Source: an uncultured Ruficoccus sp. (GTDB taxonomy: Bacteria > Verrucomicrobiota > Verrucomicrobiia > Opitutales > Cerasicoccaceae). Taken from it: 64,000 bases of DNA. Both the position numbers and the translations under genes were made by a program. The notes below the pieces were generated by a model. The model worked only from the letters and a program-made list of their open reading frames with translations. It had not been told where the DNA came from and did no database searches. Position 1 is the stretch's first letter. Each line of letters opens with the position of its first letter. This document shows positions 19,337-28,332 of this stretch, one piece after another. Location: the NCBI GenBank assembly GCA_965140785.1, contig OZ223484.1, positions 64,001-128,000 of the forward strand. The letters run 5' to 3'.

Positions 19337-20455
19337 ATGTTAGCTTTGATTGCAAAGAACATAACGAAGGCTCGAATATATAGCGGATTGACAAAAAAAG
19401 ACCTTGGCGATCGCGTTGATATATCGCCCCAAGCTATCTCTCAGTACGAAAATGGCTCTAGGATTCCACAGCCCGACATATTGAGTCGCATTGCGGATGC
19501 CCTTGAAGTCCCGCTATCTTTCTTTCACAAGGACAAAGAATATGAGGTAGTGACACATACCCCTGTATTTCATAGGGCTAAAGCGAATCAGAGGACAAAT
19601 TCAAAATACCTTCGACGAACTGAAATAGTCTTGGAAGTCGTGGAATATTACCACTGGCTGAATCAGTATGTAGAACTTCCAGTACAATTTCAGCCGGATG
19701 AATTCTCTGCGAACCCAGAAGAAGCGGCTGCTCAATTGAGAGAGCGCTGGGGGTTAGGCCTAGCGCCCGTAGGTAAATTTGCCACGCTGCTCGAAGCAAA
19801 GGGAATCATTATTATAGATTTATCGTTTCCTGATGCCGACATTACGGATGGTTGCTCCGGTTTTTTTGATGGACGTCCCTTCATTTTCACAAACGTGGAG
19901 CAAATCGACGCCGCTCGAACTCGCTTCACGCTGGCACATGAGCTAGGCCACATTGTTTTACACTCTCATTTGTCCGAGGAAGATTTAAGCAACCCATCAA
20001 CGTATAAAGAGATCGAGAATGAGGCTGACGCCTTTGCCTCTGCCTTCTTGATGCCAGAGGAAACTTTTGGCGCTGAAGTGTACTCGACAACGTTAAATAG
20101 CCTATTGCAGCTTAAACCAAGATGGGGCGTCTCCGTTGCGGCCATGATTATGCGAAGTTATCAACTTGGACTTATTGATGATGAGAGGAAATCATCCTTG
20201 TTCAGACAGTTAAGTTACCGTGGTTGGCGCAAAAATGAACCGTTAAATCAGCAGGTAGTTTTTGACGCTCCTAAAGTAGGCAAGTCCGCGTTAACGCTAC
20301 TATTGGAGACCGACCGGTCATATGGCGATCGCCTTCTTTGCGAGCAAAACACCGTCTTTGAACGCGTCCAAAGAGCATTTAATGTAGAACGCAGCTTATT
20401 TGCTTTCGCCGAAGACCCAACTCCATTCTCGGTCAATTTGCGAACAATAGAATAA
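19337..20455 (+). CDS. XRE-HTH fused to an ImmA/IrrE (M78) metallopeptidase (RmrA-like antitoxin)
   Basis: ISPQAISQYENG HTH; RFTLAHELGH (HExxH); ENEADAFASAFLMP. Confidence 0.92.
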   Translation: MLALIAKNITKARIYSGLTKKDLGDRVDISPQAISQYENGSRIPQPDILSRIADALEVPLSFFHKDKEYEVVTHTPVFHRAKANQRTNSKYLRRTEIVLEVVEYYHWLNQYVELPVQFQPDEFSANPEEAAAQLRERWGLGLAPVGKFATLLEAKGIIIIDLSFPDADITDGCSGFFDGRPFIFTNVEQIDAARTRFTLAHELGHIVLHSHLSEEDLSNPSTYKEIENEADAFASAFLMPEETFGAEVYSTTLNSLLQLKPRWGVSVAAMIMRSYQLGLIDDERKSSLFRQLSYRGWRKNEPLNQQVVFDAPKVGKSALTLLLETDRSYGDRLLCEQNTVFERVQRAFNVERSLFAFAEDPTPFSVNLRTIE

Positions 20456-20517
20456 TCAGAGAAAGTCTGATCCTTGATCGAATCATTCAAACGCGTGCTA
20501 CAATAAACAAGCTAAAC

Positions 20518-20539
20518 TGGCCCCATTTTTGGCCCCACT
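20518..20539. repeat. Inverted copy of the putative integrase arm-type site
   Basis: Reverse complement reads AGTGGGGCCAAAAATGGGGCCA. Confidence 0.65.
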
Positions 20540-20781
20540 CGGGAGGGTAAAGCCGCTTTAGGATGGCAAAGATTACCGGACGCAAAGAGCGGCGCACAAC
20601 TTGAGTCCCGATGGAAAAAGGGTTCGCGGAGGGCTAACTTGAGCTGTTTCGGCAGAGCTGGAGGGTTGGAGCCGAGCAGTTGGACTTGGGCTTTGGGGTG
20701 ACCCATGATTGGACGCACTTGGAAGCCGCAACCAGTTGGTTTTAATGTAAGTCAAGGACTTAAGAAACAGAGAAGGCGGAT

Positions 20782-20806
20782 TTAGTGGGGCCAAAAGTGG
20801 GGCTTT
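20782..20806. repeat. Putative integrase arm-type site (right end)
   Basis: TTAGTGGGGCCAAAAGTGGGGCTTT matches 9979-10003 at 24/25 positions. Confidence 0.7.
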
Positions 20807-20897
20807 GGCCCACGAAATTCGCCCTTATTTCAGAATGTTTCGCCCTTTTCGGGCAAAGGGGCTTTTGCGGGCCGATTGCCTGGGAAGCGGCATAAAT

Positions 20898-20926
20898 AAA
20901 GCCCTCGGCGTTAACCGAGGGCTTTT
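20898..20926 (-). terminator. Island-supplied intrinsic terminator for the tRNA
   Basis: Hairpin AAAGCCCTCGG-CGTTAA-CCGAGGGCTTTT directly 3' of the tRNA. Confidence 0.82.
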
Positions 20927-20930
20927 AAAT

Positions 20931-21007
<77 letters not shown>

Positions 21008-21302
21008 ATAAAGTGAAAGACGCTAAAGCATCATTTTTCAGACGCTTTTCAAGCAGTTTTTTTATTTTTTTTCATTCAGTCACTTTTCGGGAAAGATTTT
21101 ACCCTCTTCTTTTGGGTCTGAGGCAGCAGCCGGTCGGCTTCTTTGGGAAAAAAGTGGTTGCCTTCGTCCGGGCGGGGCCTATCTTCCCTGCTCTTTTGGC
21201 TCATTGCCATTTCAAGCAAACGCATTAAACCAATCGCAAATTAACAACCCTACGATCCAAGACCCGCCGGTTATGCCGAGCAGGTACGGAGACTAAAGAT
21301 CC

Positions 21303-22169
21303 ATGAACATCACGATTAAAGACCTCCTCGACGCCGGCGTGCACTTCGGACACCAAGTCCGCCGCTGGAACCCGAAGTCCAAGCCGTACGTGTACGACCA
21401 CCGTCACGGCATCTCGATCATCAACCTCGAAAAGACCTACGGTCTGCTCGAAAAGGCCTGCACCTATGCCGAGGACCTCGTTGCCTCCGGTAAGGACATC
21501 CTCTTCGTCGGCACCAAGCGCCAGGCCCAGGAAATCATCCGCGAGGGCGGCAACACCGTGGGCATGCCCTTCTGCGCCAACCGCTGGCTCGGCGGCACCC
21601 TGACCAATTTCCAAACTGTCGAGAAGAGCCTCGAGAAGTACAAGCGCTTCCTCGCCATGGAAGCCGACGGCTCCCTGCAGAAGCTGCCGGGTAAGGAATC
21701 CGCCGCCATCCGCCGCGAGATGTCCCGCATGCACCGTAATTTCGAGGGTATCCTTGAGATGAAGAAGGTCCCCGCCGCGATGTTCGTGATCGACGTCAAG
21801 ACCGAGGCGATCGCCGTGGCCGAAGCCAAGCGCCTGAAGATCCCCGTCATCGCCCTGGTCGATACCAACTCCGACCCCTCGCTGGTCTCCTACCCGATCC
21901 CGGGTAACGACGACGCCGTCAAGGCCATCCGCCTGGTCGTCGAGGTCATCCTCGAAGCCATCCAGAACGGTCTCGCCCGTCGCTCCGAGCCGACCATCAC
22001 CCAGAAGGACATCACCCCGATCGTCCAACGCGATTTCACCGAGGCACAGCCCGAAGTAACCATTTCTCCCGACCTCATGGTCGATGAGGAAGAGGTGAAG
22101 CAGGAACAGGCTCCGGCCGAGGAAGCAGCTCCTGCCGCCGCTGAAACCACCACTGAAGAAAACAAGTAA
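21303..22169 (+). CDS. rpsB: 30S ribosomal protein S2
   Basis: [26 protein letters not shown]. Confidence 0.99.
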   Translation: MNITIKDLLDAGVHFGHQVRRWNPKSKPYVYDHRHGISIINLEKTYGLLEKACTYAEDLVASGKDILFVGTKRQAQEIIREGGNTVGMPFCANRWLGGTLTNFQTVEKSLEKYKRFLAMEADGSLQKLPGKESAAIRREMSRMHRNFEGILEMKKVPAAMFVIDVKTEAIAVAEAKRLKIPVIALVDTNSDPSLVSYPIPGNDDAVKAIRLVVEVILEAIQNGLARRSEPTITQKDITPIVQRDFTEAQPEVTISPDLMVDEEEVKQEQAPAEEAAPAAAETTTEENK

Positions 22170-22192
22170 TTACTAGCTAACCCAGCTGAACA

Positions 22193-22783
22193 ATGGCCAC
22201 CATTTCCGCAAGCATGGTTAACGAGCTCCGCAAACGCACCGGAGCCGGATTAATGGACTGCAAGGGCGCCCTCGTCGAAGCCAATGGCGACGAAGAAGGT
22301 GCAATTGCCATCCTCAAAAAGAAGGGCATCGCCAAGGCCGCCAAGAAGGCCGGCCGCGAGGCTTCCGAAGGCGTCATCGAGTCTTACATCCACACGGGTG
22401 GCAAGGTCGGCGTGATGATCGAAATCAACTGCGAGTCCGACTTCGTCGCCAAGAACGACGACTTCAAGGCTTTCGCCCGCGACGTCTGCATGCACATTGC
22501 AGCCGCCGCCCCGATCGCCGTCAGTCGCGAAGATGTTGATCCGGCCATCCTGGAAAAGGAGAAGGAAGTTGCCATGGCTCAGGCCGAAGGCAAGCCCGCC
22601 GCCGCCATCGATAAGATCGTCGAAGGCAAGGTCAACAAGTACCTGGAGCTGAACTGCCTGCTCGAGCAGCCGTTCGTCAAAAACACCGACCAGACCGTCG
22701 GTGAACTGCTCACTCATAAGATCCAGACCATCGGCGAAAACCTCAAGATCCGCCGCTTCGCCCGCTTCGCTATCGGCGAATAA
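22193..22783 (+). CDS. tsf: Elongation factor Ts (short form)
   Basis: LRKRTGAGLMDCK, EINCESDFVA, IRRFARF. Confidence 0.99.
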   Translation: MATISASMVNELRKRTGAGLMDCKGALVEANGDEEGAIAILKKKGIAKAAKKAGREASEGVIESYIHTGGKVGVMIEINCESDFVAKNDDFKAFARDVCMHIAAAAPIAVSREDVDPAILEKEKEVAMAQAEGKPAAAIDKIVEGKVNKYLELNCLLEQPFVKNTDQTVGELLTHKIQTIGENLKIRRFARFAIGE

Positions 22784-22808
22784 TTACAAGCTTTCCAGCT
22801 TTTTCACA

Positions 22809-22841
22809 AAAAACCCCGGTTCCTCTGGAGCCGGGGTTTTT
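22809..22841 (+). terminator. Intrinsic terminator after tsf (probably bidirectional)
   Basis: AAAAACCCCGGTTCC-TCT-GGAGCCGGGGTTTTT. Confidence 0.88.
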
Positions 22842-22886
22842 CGTTTCCAGGCAGGGGAAACTCAACCTATACCGTGAATCATGAAG

Positions 22887-22943
22887 CACGGATGACACGG
22901 ATAACACAGACAAAACAAATCCGTGTTATCCGTGCAATCCGTG
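22887..22943. repeat. Palindrome built from 9-bp periodic CACGGAT units
   Basis: CACGGATGA CACGGATAA CACAGAC ... ATCCGTG TTATCCGTG CAATCCGTG. Confidence 0.8.
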
Positions 22944-23006
22944 GTAAAAGTCGGCTATCAAGATGAGCCCGACGGAGCACGCAACTCTCTGTGCCTCTGT
23001 GTGAGC

Positions 23007-24275
23007 CTACCGCCCGGCGGCGACGCGGACAAAGCGTCCGGTGGCCTCGGCCAGTTTCTCCTTGGCCAGGGAGCCGAAGCTGAGCCGGGCGAAGTTATTC
23101 GGCTCGCCCTCGGCCACACAGAGATCGCCCGGCACATAGAGTACGCCGTCCCGCACACACTGTTCGCAGAAGTCCGAGCCGATGGACAGGTCGAGCCCTT
23201 CCGGGGCGCGCAGCCAGTAGTAGAGGCCACCGAGCGGCTGCTCCCAGCTCCAGCCCAGTTGTCTCAGCGGAGAGGCTTCCAGCGCCTCGCCCATGATGCG
23301 GGCCTTTTCCCGGTAAATCGCCCGCACGCGCTTCAGGTGGGGCGTGTACTCCTCTGCCGCCATCACGCTCTCAATGATGGCCTGGTTGAGATTCGGCGTG
23401 CCGAAGTCCTGATGGCCCTTGAGCGAGAGCATCTTGCCCATCCATTCCGGGTGGGAGCAGATTCCGTAGCCGACCTTCAGGCCGGTAGCGAAGGGCTTGG
23501 TAAAGGTGCCCAAGTAGAGGCGCGGCAGACTGTCGAACTCGGGTAGGCTGAACACGCTCGGGGCCCCCCAGGGCCGGTCGAACCACAACTCGCGGTAGGC
23601 GGCGTCCTCGAGCACGGGCAGATGCAGGCCGTTGTCGAGCAGAGCCCGCCCCAGCGCACGCTTTTCCTCCACCGGCATGCTGCGCGAGGAGGGATTACTG
23701 AAGTAGCTGTTGAGGTAGAGGGCCTTGATCCGGGTAGCCCCGGCGGAGGTCTTGAGCTTGAGGAGGAACTCCGGCAGTGCGGCGAAATCGGTCCCCCCGT
23801 CCGGCAGCGCGGGCAGGGAAACGGCGCGGATGCCCAGCCCCCGGCACAGTTCCAAAAAAACAAAATAGGTCGGCTGCTGCACCAGGATGATGTCGCCAAC
23901 GTCGCAGAGGCTCTGCATAGCCAGATAGAGCGCCTGCTGGGAGCCGTTGGAGATGAAGACCGACTCGGGGCTGAAGGGCTCGGGAGCGGCTTCGCTTTCG
24001 CAGGCGTTGAGCCAGTTGGCCACCTCGATGAGAAGGCCCGCCCGTCCGCGGTTGGTCCCGTACTGGAGGTACTCCGCCCCCGGCATCTCGGCAGCCAGCC
24101 GCGAGAGGGCACGCTGGACAAGCTCCACCGGCAAGGTGATATTATCCGTAAAGCCGGCGGCCAGCGAGAGCAGCTCGGAGTTAGCCAGGGCCCGGTGCAT
24201 CAGGTCGGTAATCACCGGCTCGGTCGCACGGCGGCCCAGTTGAGAATAAGAAAGGGATTGCGAAGACTCGTCCAC
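23007..24275 (-). CDS. PLP-dependent aminotransferase, class I/II (LysN/MocR-domain type)
   Basis: SNGSQQAL, FSNPS, LEDAAY, GTFTKPFATGLKVG, RLSF. GTG start at 24275 is inferred. Confidence 0.88.
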   Translation of the reverse strand: MDESSQSLSYSQLGRRATEPVITDLMHRALANSELLSLAAGFTDNITLPVELVQRALSRLAAEMPGAEYLQYGTNRGRAGLLIEVANWLNACESEAAPEPFSPESVFISNGSQQALYLAMQSLCDVGDIILVQQPTYFVFLELCRGLGIRAVSLPALPDGGTDFAALPEFLLKLKTSAGATRIKALYLNSYFSNPSSRSMPVEEKRALGRALLDNGLHLPVLEDAAYRELWFDRPWGAPSVFSLPEFDSLPRLYLGTFTKPFATGLKVGYGICSHPEWMGKMLSLKGHQDFGTPNLNQAIIESVMAAEEYTPHLKRVRAIYREKARIMGEALEASPLRQLGWSWEQPLGGLYYWLRAPEGLDLSIGSDFCEQCVRDGVLYVPGDLCVAEGEPNNFARLSFGSLAKEKLAEATGRFVRVAAGR

Positions 24276-24439
24276 GGGAAAAGCCAGCCATGATGACACC
24301 CGACACCCCCACTGACAAGAGGGAACCTCCCCCCTCCCCCGACCGGCCTCCCTCCACCGGCTGGGGGAAAAGCTTGCGACGGCTGCTGGCATGGGAAATC
24401 TTTCCCTCTCCCGTGCGCACGAAGCATCCTGTTTTTTCC

Positions 24440-25226
24440 ATGATCCAAACCGTCCTGATCTTTTTTCTGGTTCTCTACCTGGCGGGCGCGCTCTTCGCCC
24501 TGTTCTTCGCCCGCGGAATGATCTTCCCGGCGCCCGCCGCCAATTACAACCGACGAGACCCCGGGCGTCTTCAAGCTCCCCCTGCCCGGCGGCGGCACCG
24601 TCTCAGCCCTGTATTTCGAGAACCCCGCCGCGACCCACACGCTGCTCTACAGCCACGGCAACGGCGAGGACATCGGCTCGAACCCCGAGCTGTGGCCCTG
24701 GCTGCGGGACATGGGGTTCAATGTCCTGGCCTACGACTATCCCGGCTACGGCACCAGCGGGGGCCGCGCCAGCGAGCAGGGCTGCTACGACGCCATCGGG
24801 GCCGCCTACTCCTGGCTGCGCGAAGAGAAAGGCATCCCCGCCGAACAAATCGTGCTCTTTGGCCGCTCGGTCGGGGGCGGCCCGACCATCGACCTGGCCG
24901 CGCGCCAGCCGGTGGGCGGGGTGATACTCGACGGGCAGCTTCACCAGCGCTTTCCGGGTCATGACGCGCACGCGCATCCTCCCCTGGGACTGCTTCAACT
25001 CCATCGCCAAAATCGACCGCATCGACTCCCCGCTGCTCGTTAGCTCCACGGCACCGCCGACCGGACCGTTCCCTTCTGGCACGGCCAGGCTCTTTACGAA
25101 AAAGCCGCCGAGCCCAAATACAAACTCTGGGTCGAGGGGGCGGGACATAACAACTTGATTGAAACCGCCGGGGATGCCTATGCTGAGGCGATTGTCAACT
25201 TTCGGCAAAGCCTGAACCATGAGTAA
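24440..25226 (+). pseudogene. Alpha/beta hydrolase (ABHD17-like) broken by three frameshifts (likely sequence errors)
   Basis: Stitched frames give YSHGNGED, YDYPGYG, GRSVGGG, LHGTADRTVP, GAGHNN; shifts near 24548, 24934 and 25042. Confidence 0.8.
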
Positions 25227-25773
25227 AACCGCCCTGATCATCCTGCACGAAGGCTTCGAGGAGATGGAAGCCATCGCCCCCATCGACATCCTGCGCCGTG
25301 GCGAGATCGCCGTGACCGTCGCCAGCCGCGAATTTCACGCCACGGTCAAGGGCCGCAACGGCGTCAGCGTCAAGGCCGACGTGCTCCTCGACGAGGCGCT
25401 CAAGCAAACCTATGACTGCCTGATCCTGCCGGGCGGGCCGGGGGTCGGCAAGCTGCGCGACGACCGGCGCGTGCTGGACGCCCTCACCCGCTACCAGAAG
25501 GACGGTCGCCTCATCGCCGCCATCTGCGCCGCCCCGCTGTGCCTGCTGGACGCCGGGCTGCTGCCGGGCAAGCCCTTCACCTCGCACCCGACGACGGCCC
25601 AGGAGCTGCCCGGACGCGATACCGACCAGGCCGTGGTCGAATCCGGCAACCTCATCACCTCGCAGGGAGCGGGCACGGCCACCGCCTTTGCCCTGGCCGT
25701 GCTGGCCCGGCTCAGCGACGCCGCCACCGCCCAAGGCGTGGCCGAGAGCATCTGCCTGTCCTCCCCCCAATAA
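25219..25773 (+). CDS. DJ-1/PfpI (YajL/ThiJ-like) protein
   Basis: GFEEMEA, LPGG, AICAAP, ITSQGAGTA. Confidence 0.92.
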   Translation: MSKTALIILHEGFEEMEAIAPIDILRRGEIAVTVASREFHATVKGRNGVSVKADVLLDEALKQTYDCLILPGGPGVGKLRDDRRVLDALTRYQKDGRLIAAICAAPLCLLDAGLLPGKPFTSHPTTAQELPGRDTDQAVVESGNLITSQGAGTATAFALAVLARLSDAATAQGVAESICLSSPQ

Positions 25774-25792
25774 CCCTCTTTACCCCACTCGC

Positions 25793-27277
25793 GTGCTCGA
25801 AGAAGAATTCCCCTCTCCGGGGCCCAGAACCCAAGGCGAAAAAGCCGTCCAGTGGCACCTGATCGCCTTTGGACTGTTCACGTTTGTGCTCTTTGGCGGA
25901 GCCGCCCACTTCGCCGTCCCCTACCTCGGGGCGATGGGTTGGATCGGATTGATCATTTATTTATGGCATTGCTCCGAGCTCCCCGATGCCAGTTCGCATC
26001 CCCGCCTCGTGCTGCTGGCCTATCTGGTACCGGTCCTCCTGTGTCTGGGAATCTTTGTCGCCGGGATATGGAACCCGCCGGTGGAGGAATTCGAAGAGGG
26101 CGGGGTCACGTACCTGCTGCTGCATGAAATCCGCAGTTGGCAGCCCGTTACCACGCTTCCTCTGGAGAGCTGGAGCGCGATTTTTCTGGCCGGCGGCATC
26201 TATGTGAGCGCGTTAAACATGCTGCTGGTCATCGGGGTCGAGGACCTCACGCGCCGCATCCTGCTGATTCTTGGGATCACCGCAGCGGTGCTGGCGGCCA
26301 TCGGCTTCTTGCAGGCCGTGCTCCAGTCGCCCCGCCTGCTGGGCATTGTCTATGCCCCGAGCGGCAGCTACTTTTCTATCTTCCCGCATCCGCACGGCTG
26401 GGCTTCGTTCGCGCTGCTGTGGACCGGGGCCATGACCGCGCTGGGCTCCCACTACCTCCGGCACATGCGCTTTCAGGCGTTTCTCGACCGCGGGGGCATC
26501 TGGTTCCTCGTCGCCGTCGCTATCCTCATCGCTTCGGTCGTACTGACCGGTACGGGGCTGCATGTGCTGTGCCTGAGCTTCCTGCTGGGGCTGTCGGCCT
26601 TTGACGCCTCCCATAATCTCAGCTCGCGCAAGAAATTCGGCAAACTCGTGCTGGGGCTGACGGGCTTTGTCGTGCTGGCGGGCGGGATCGGAGTCTTCGC
26701 CCTCAACCTCCCCCGCGCCACCCAAACACTGGTCCAGTGGAAGATGATCCCGAGCGTCGGCCTGAGCTGGCAGGAACAGCTGCTGATTTACAAGGACGCC
26801 TGGCAGCTCTTTCTGGACAAGCCGATCTTCGGGTGGGGGGCCGGGTCCTTCCGCACCATGATGACCTTCTATCAGGAGCCGGAGCTGGGTACCAGTGTTT
26901 ACCAGGCCGCCCACAGTGACGCCCTGCAGGTGCTGGTCGAATACGGGCTGGTCGGCGCGCTGGCCTGGATCAGCGTGCCGGTCATTGTCTTCATCCGCTT
27001 CCTGCGCCTGAAAGCCCAGCGCCCCTTGAGTTGGTACCTCTTCGGCACCTGCTCCCTGGGCCTGCTGCTGGCGCTGATCGGCTTCCCCTTCCGCTTCCCG
27101 GCCTTCGCCTTTTCCTTCCTGCTGCTGTGGTTCCTGGCTTACCGCTGGTCGATCATCCCGCACCTGAAGACGGCGAACATTCTGCGGCCCCAACTGGTCT
27201 TCACCCAGGGGAAGCGGCTCCCGCGCAAACTTCCCCACACCCACAGCAAGGGCCACTCCAAAAAGTCAAAGGACTGA
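25793..27277 (+). CDS. O-antigen ligase family membrane protein
   Basis: Many TM segments; PIFGWGAGSF and AHSDALQVLVEYGLVG motifs. GTG start is inferred. Confidence 0.8.
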   Translation: MLEEEFPSPGPRTQGEKAVQWHLIAFGLFTFVLFGGAAHFAVPYLGAMGWIGLIIYLWHCSELPDASSHPRLVLLAYLVPVLLCLGIFVAGIWNPPVEEFEEGGVTYLLLHEIRSWQPVTTLPLESWSAIFLAGGIYVSALNMLLVIGVEDLTRRILLILGITAAVLAAIGFLQAVLQSPRLLGIVYAPSGSYFSIFPHPHGWASFALLWTGAMTALGSHYLRHMRFQAFLDRGGIWFLVAVAILIASVVLTGTGLHVLCLSFLLGLSAFDASHNLSSRKKFGKLVLGLTGFVVLAGGIGVFALNLPRATQTLVQWKMIPSVGLSWQEQLLIYKDAWQLFLDKPIFGWGAGSFRTMMTFYQEPELGTSVYQAAHSDALQVLVEYGLVGALAWISVPVIVFIRFLRLKAQRPLSWYLFGTCSLGLLLALIGFPFRFPAFAFSFLLLWFLAYRWSIIPHLKTANILRPQLVFTQGKRLPRKLPHTHSKGHSKKSKD

Positions 27278-27321
27278 GCCTCCCCCACCCCTAAGGGATG
27301 GGAACGAAGGTGGGCAGGGAA

Positions 27322-28332
27322 TTACTCCGGCTGGACGGTTTCTTCCGACTGCTCGACATCGGTGAAGAGGATGGTCGGTGCTTTCATCCCGTCGCGAAAA
27401 AAGAGCGCACGGTTGTGCTCATCGTCGATCCGGGCTAGCAGGATACCGTGCCCGCGGACCTTGAAACTGCCGTCGGCTTGGACAAAGGCGGTCCCGAGCG
27501 CGTCCTTATAGCAGATCACCTGAAGGTTCATGGCGTTGTCTATCTGGAAGCGGTCAAAGGCCACCTCGGGAGACTCGCCTCGGGAGGACGATGAGTAGCG
27601 GTTGCTGCGAGCCGCCCGCAGCAAGGCGCGGCGGCGCAGGGAGTCAAAGCGGCGCACCAGCCGCTGGTAACCCTCCATGTACTCACTCAGGGCCGCCATC
27701 CAGTTGATGTCGGCCTTGGCCTGCAAGGCACGCGACTCGCTGCCGGATTCGGTTTCCTGCACCAGCAGGTCGTAGTCAGTGCGCATATTCTCCCCGACCT
27801 GGTTGAGCGCGGGGACCATGTTGGCCAGCGTGAGCGAGGAAATGGGGCTGGCGTAGCGCTCGTAAAGGGACTCCCGGCTCTCGAATTCACGCAGACTGCC
27901 GTTGACGGTGTAGGAAGACTTCATGCGGGGCGGAAACTCGCCCTTCAGATCCGAGAGCATATCCTCCAGGCGTCCGCGGTCACGCTCACTGAGCAGGTCC
28001 ACGCCGTTGGCCTCGGGCTCGGCACCCGCTTCGTCGCTCTCGTGCTCAGGCGGTGGAGCCAACAGCTCCGTGTAGCACTTGTGCTGTTGGTTGAGCAGCA
28101 TGATCAGCTCCGGCGTGAGCTTATCGAGCACGATAATTTCAACCGTGGAAAGGTCCACGTCCGGGAGCTCCTCCAGTTCGACCCGACCAGTCGTGATGGG
28201 CACGACCTCCGGCTGGGGCGGCGGGGGGGGCGCTTTTTCTGCGGCGGCTGGCTTTTCTTTCGAGCAGCCGGCCAGGGTCAGGATCGCGAGGGTTAAGCAG
28301 GCACAGCGGATAGGGCGGAATGAGGTATTCAT
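27322..28332 (-). CDS. Hypothetical lipoprotein
   Basis: MNTSF...LAGC lipobox, Pro-rich linker; ATGA overlap with the upstream gene. Confidence 0.75.
   Translation of the reverse strand: MNTSFRPIRCACLTLAILTLAGCSKEKPAAAEKAPPPPPQPEVVPITTGRVELEELPDVDLSTVEIIVLDKLTPELIMLLNQQHKCYTELLAPPPEHESDEAGAEPEANGVDLLSERDRGRLEDMLSDLKGEFPPRMKSSYTVNGSLREFESRESLYERYASPISSLTLANMVPALNQVGENMRTDYDLLVQETESGSESRALQAKADINWMAALSEYMEGYQRLVRRFDSLRRRALLRAARSNRYSSSSRGESPEVAFDRFQIDNAMNLQVICYKDALGTAFVQADGSFKVRGHGILLARIDDEHNRALFFRDGMKAPTILFTDVEQSEETVQPE

Noticed and set aside
20560..20610. c-di-GMP-I riboswitch (GGCAAA...GACGCAAAG-like words)
   Set aside because: The GNRA-capped stem and the second stem cannot be formed, and there is no downstream gene to regulate.
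21190..21302. S2 autoregulatory leader RNA
   Set aside because: Plausible by position, but I could not identify the conserved structure by eye.
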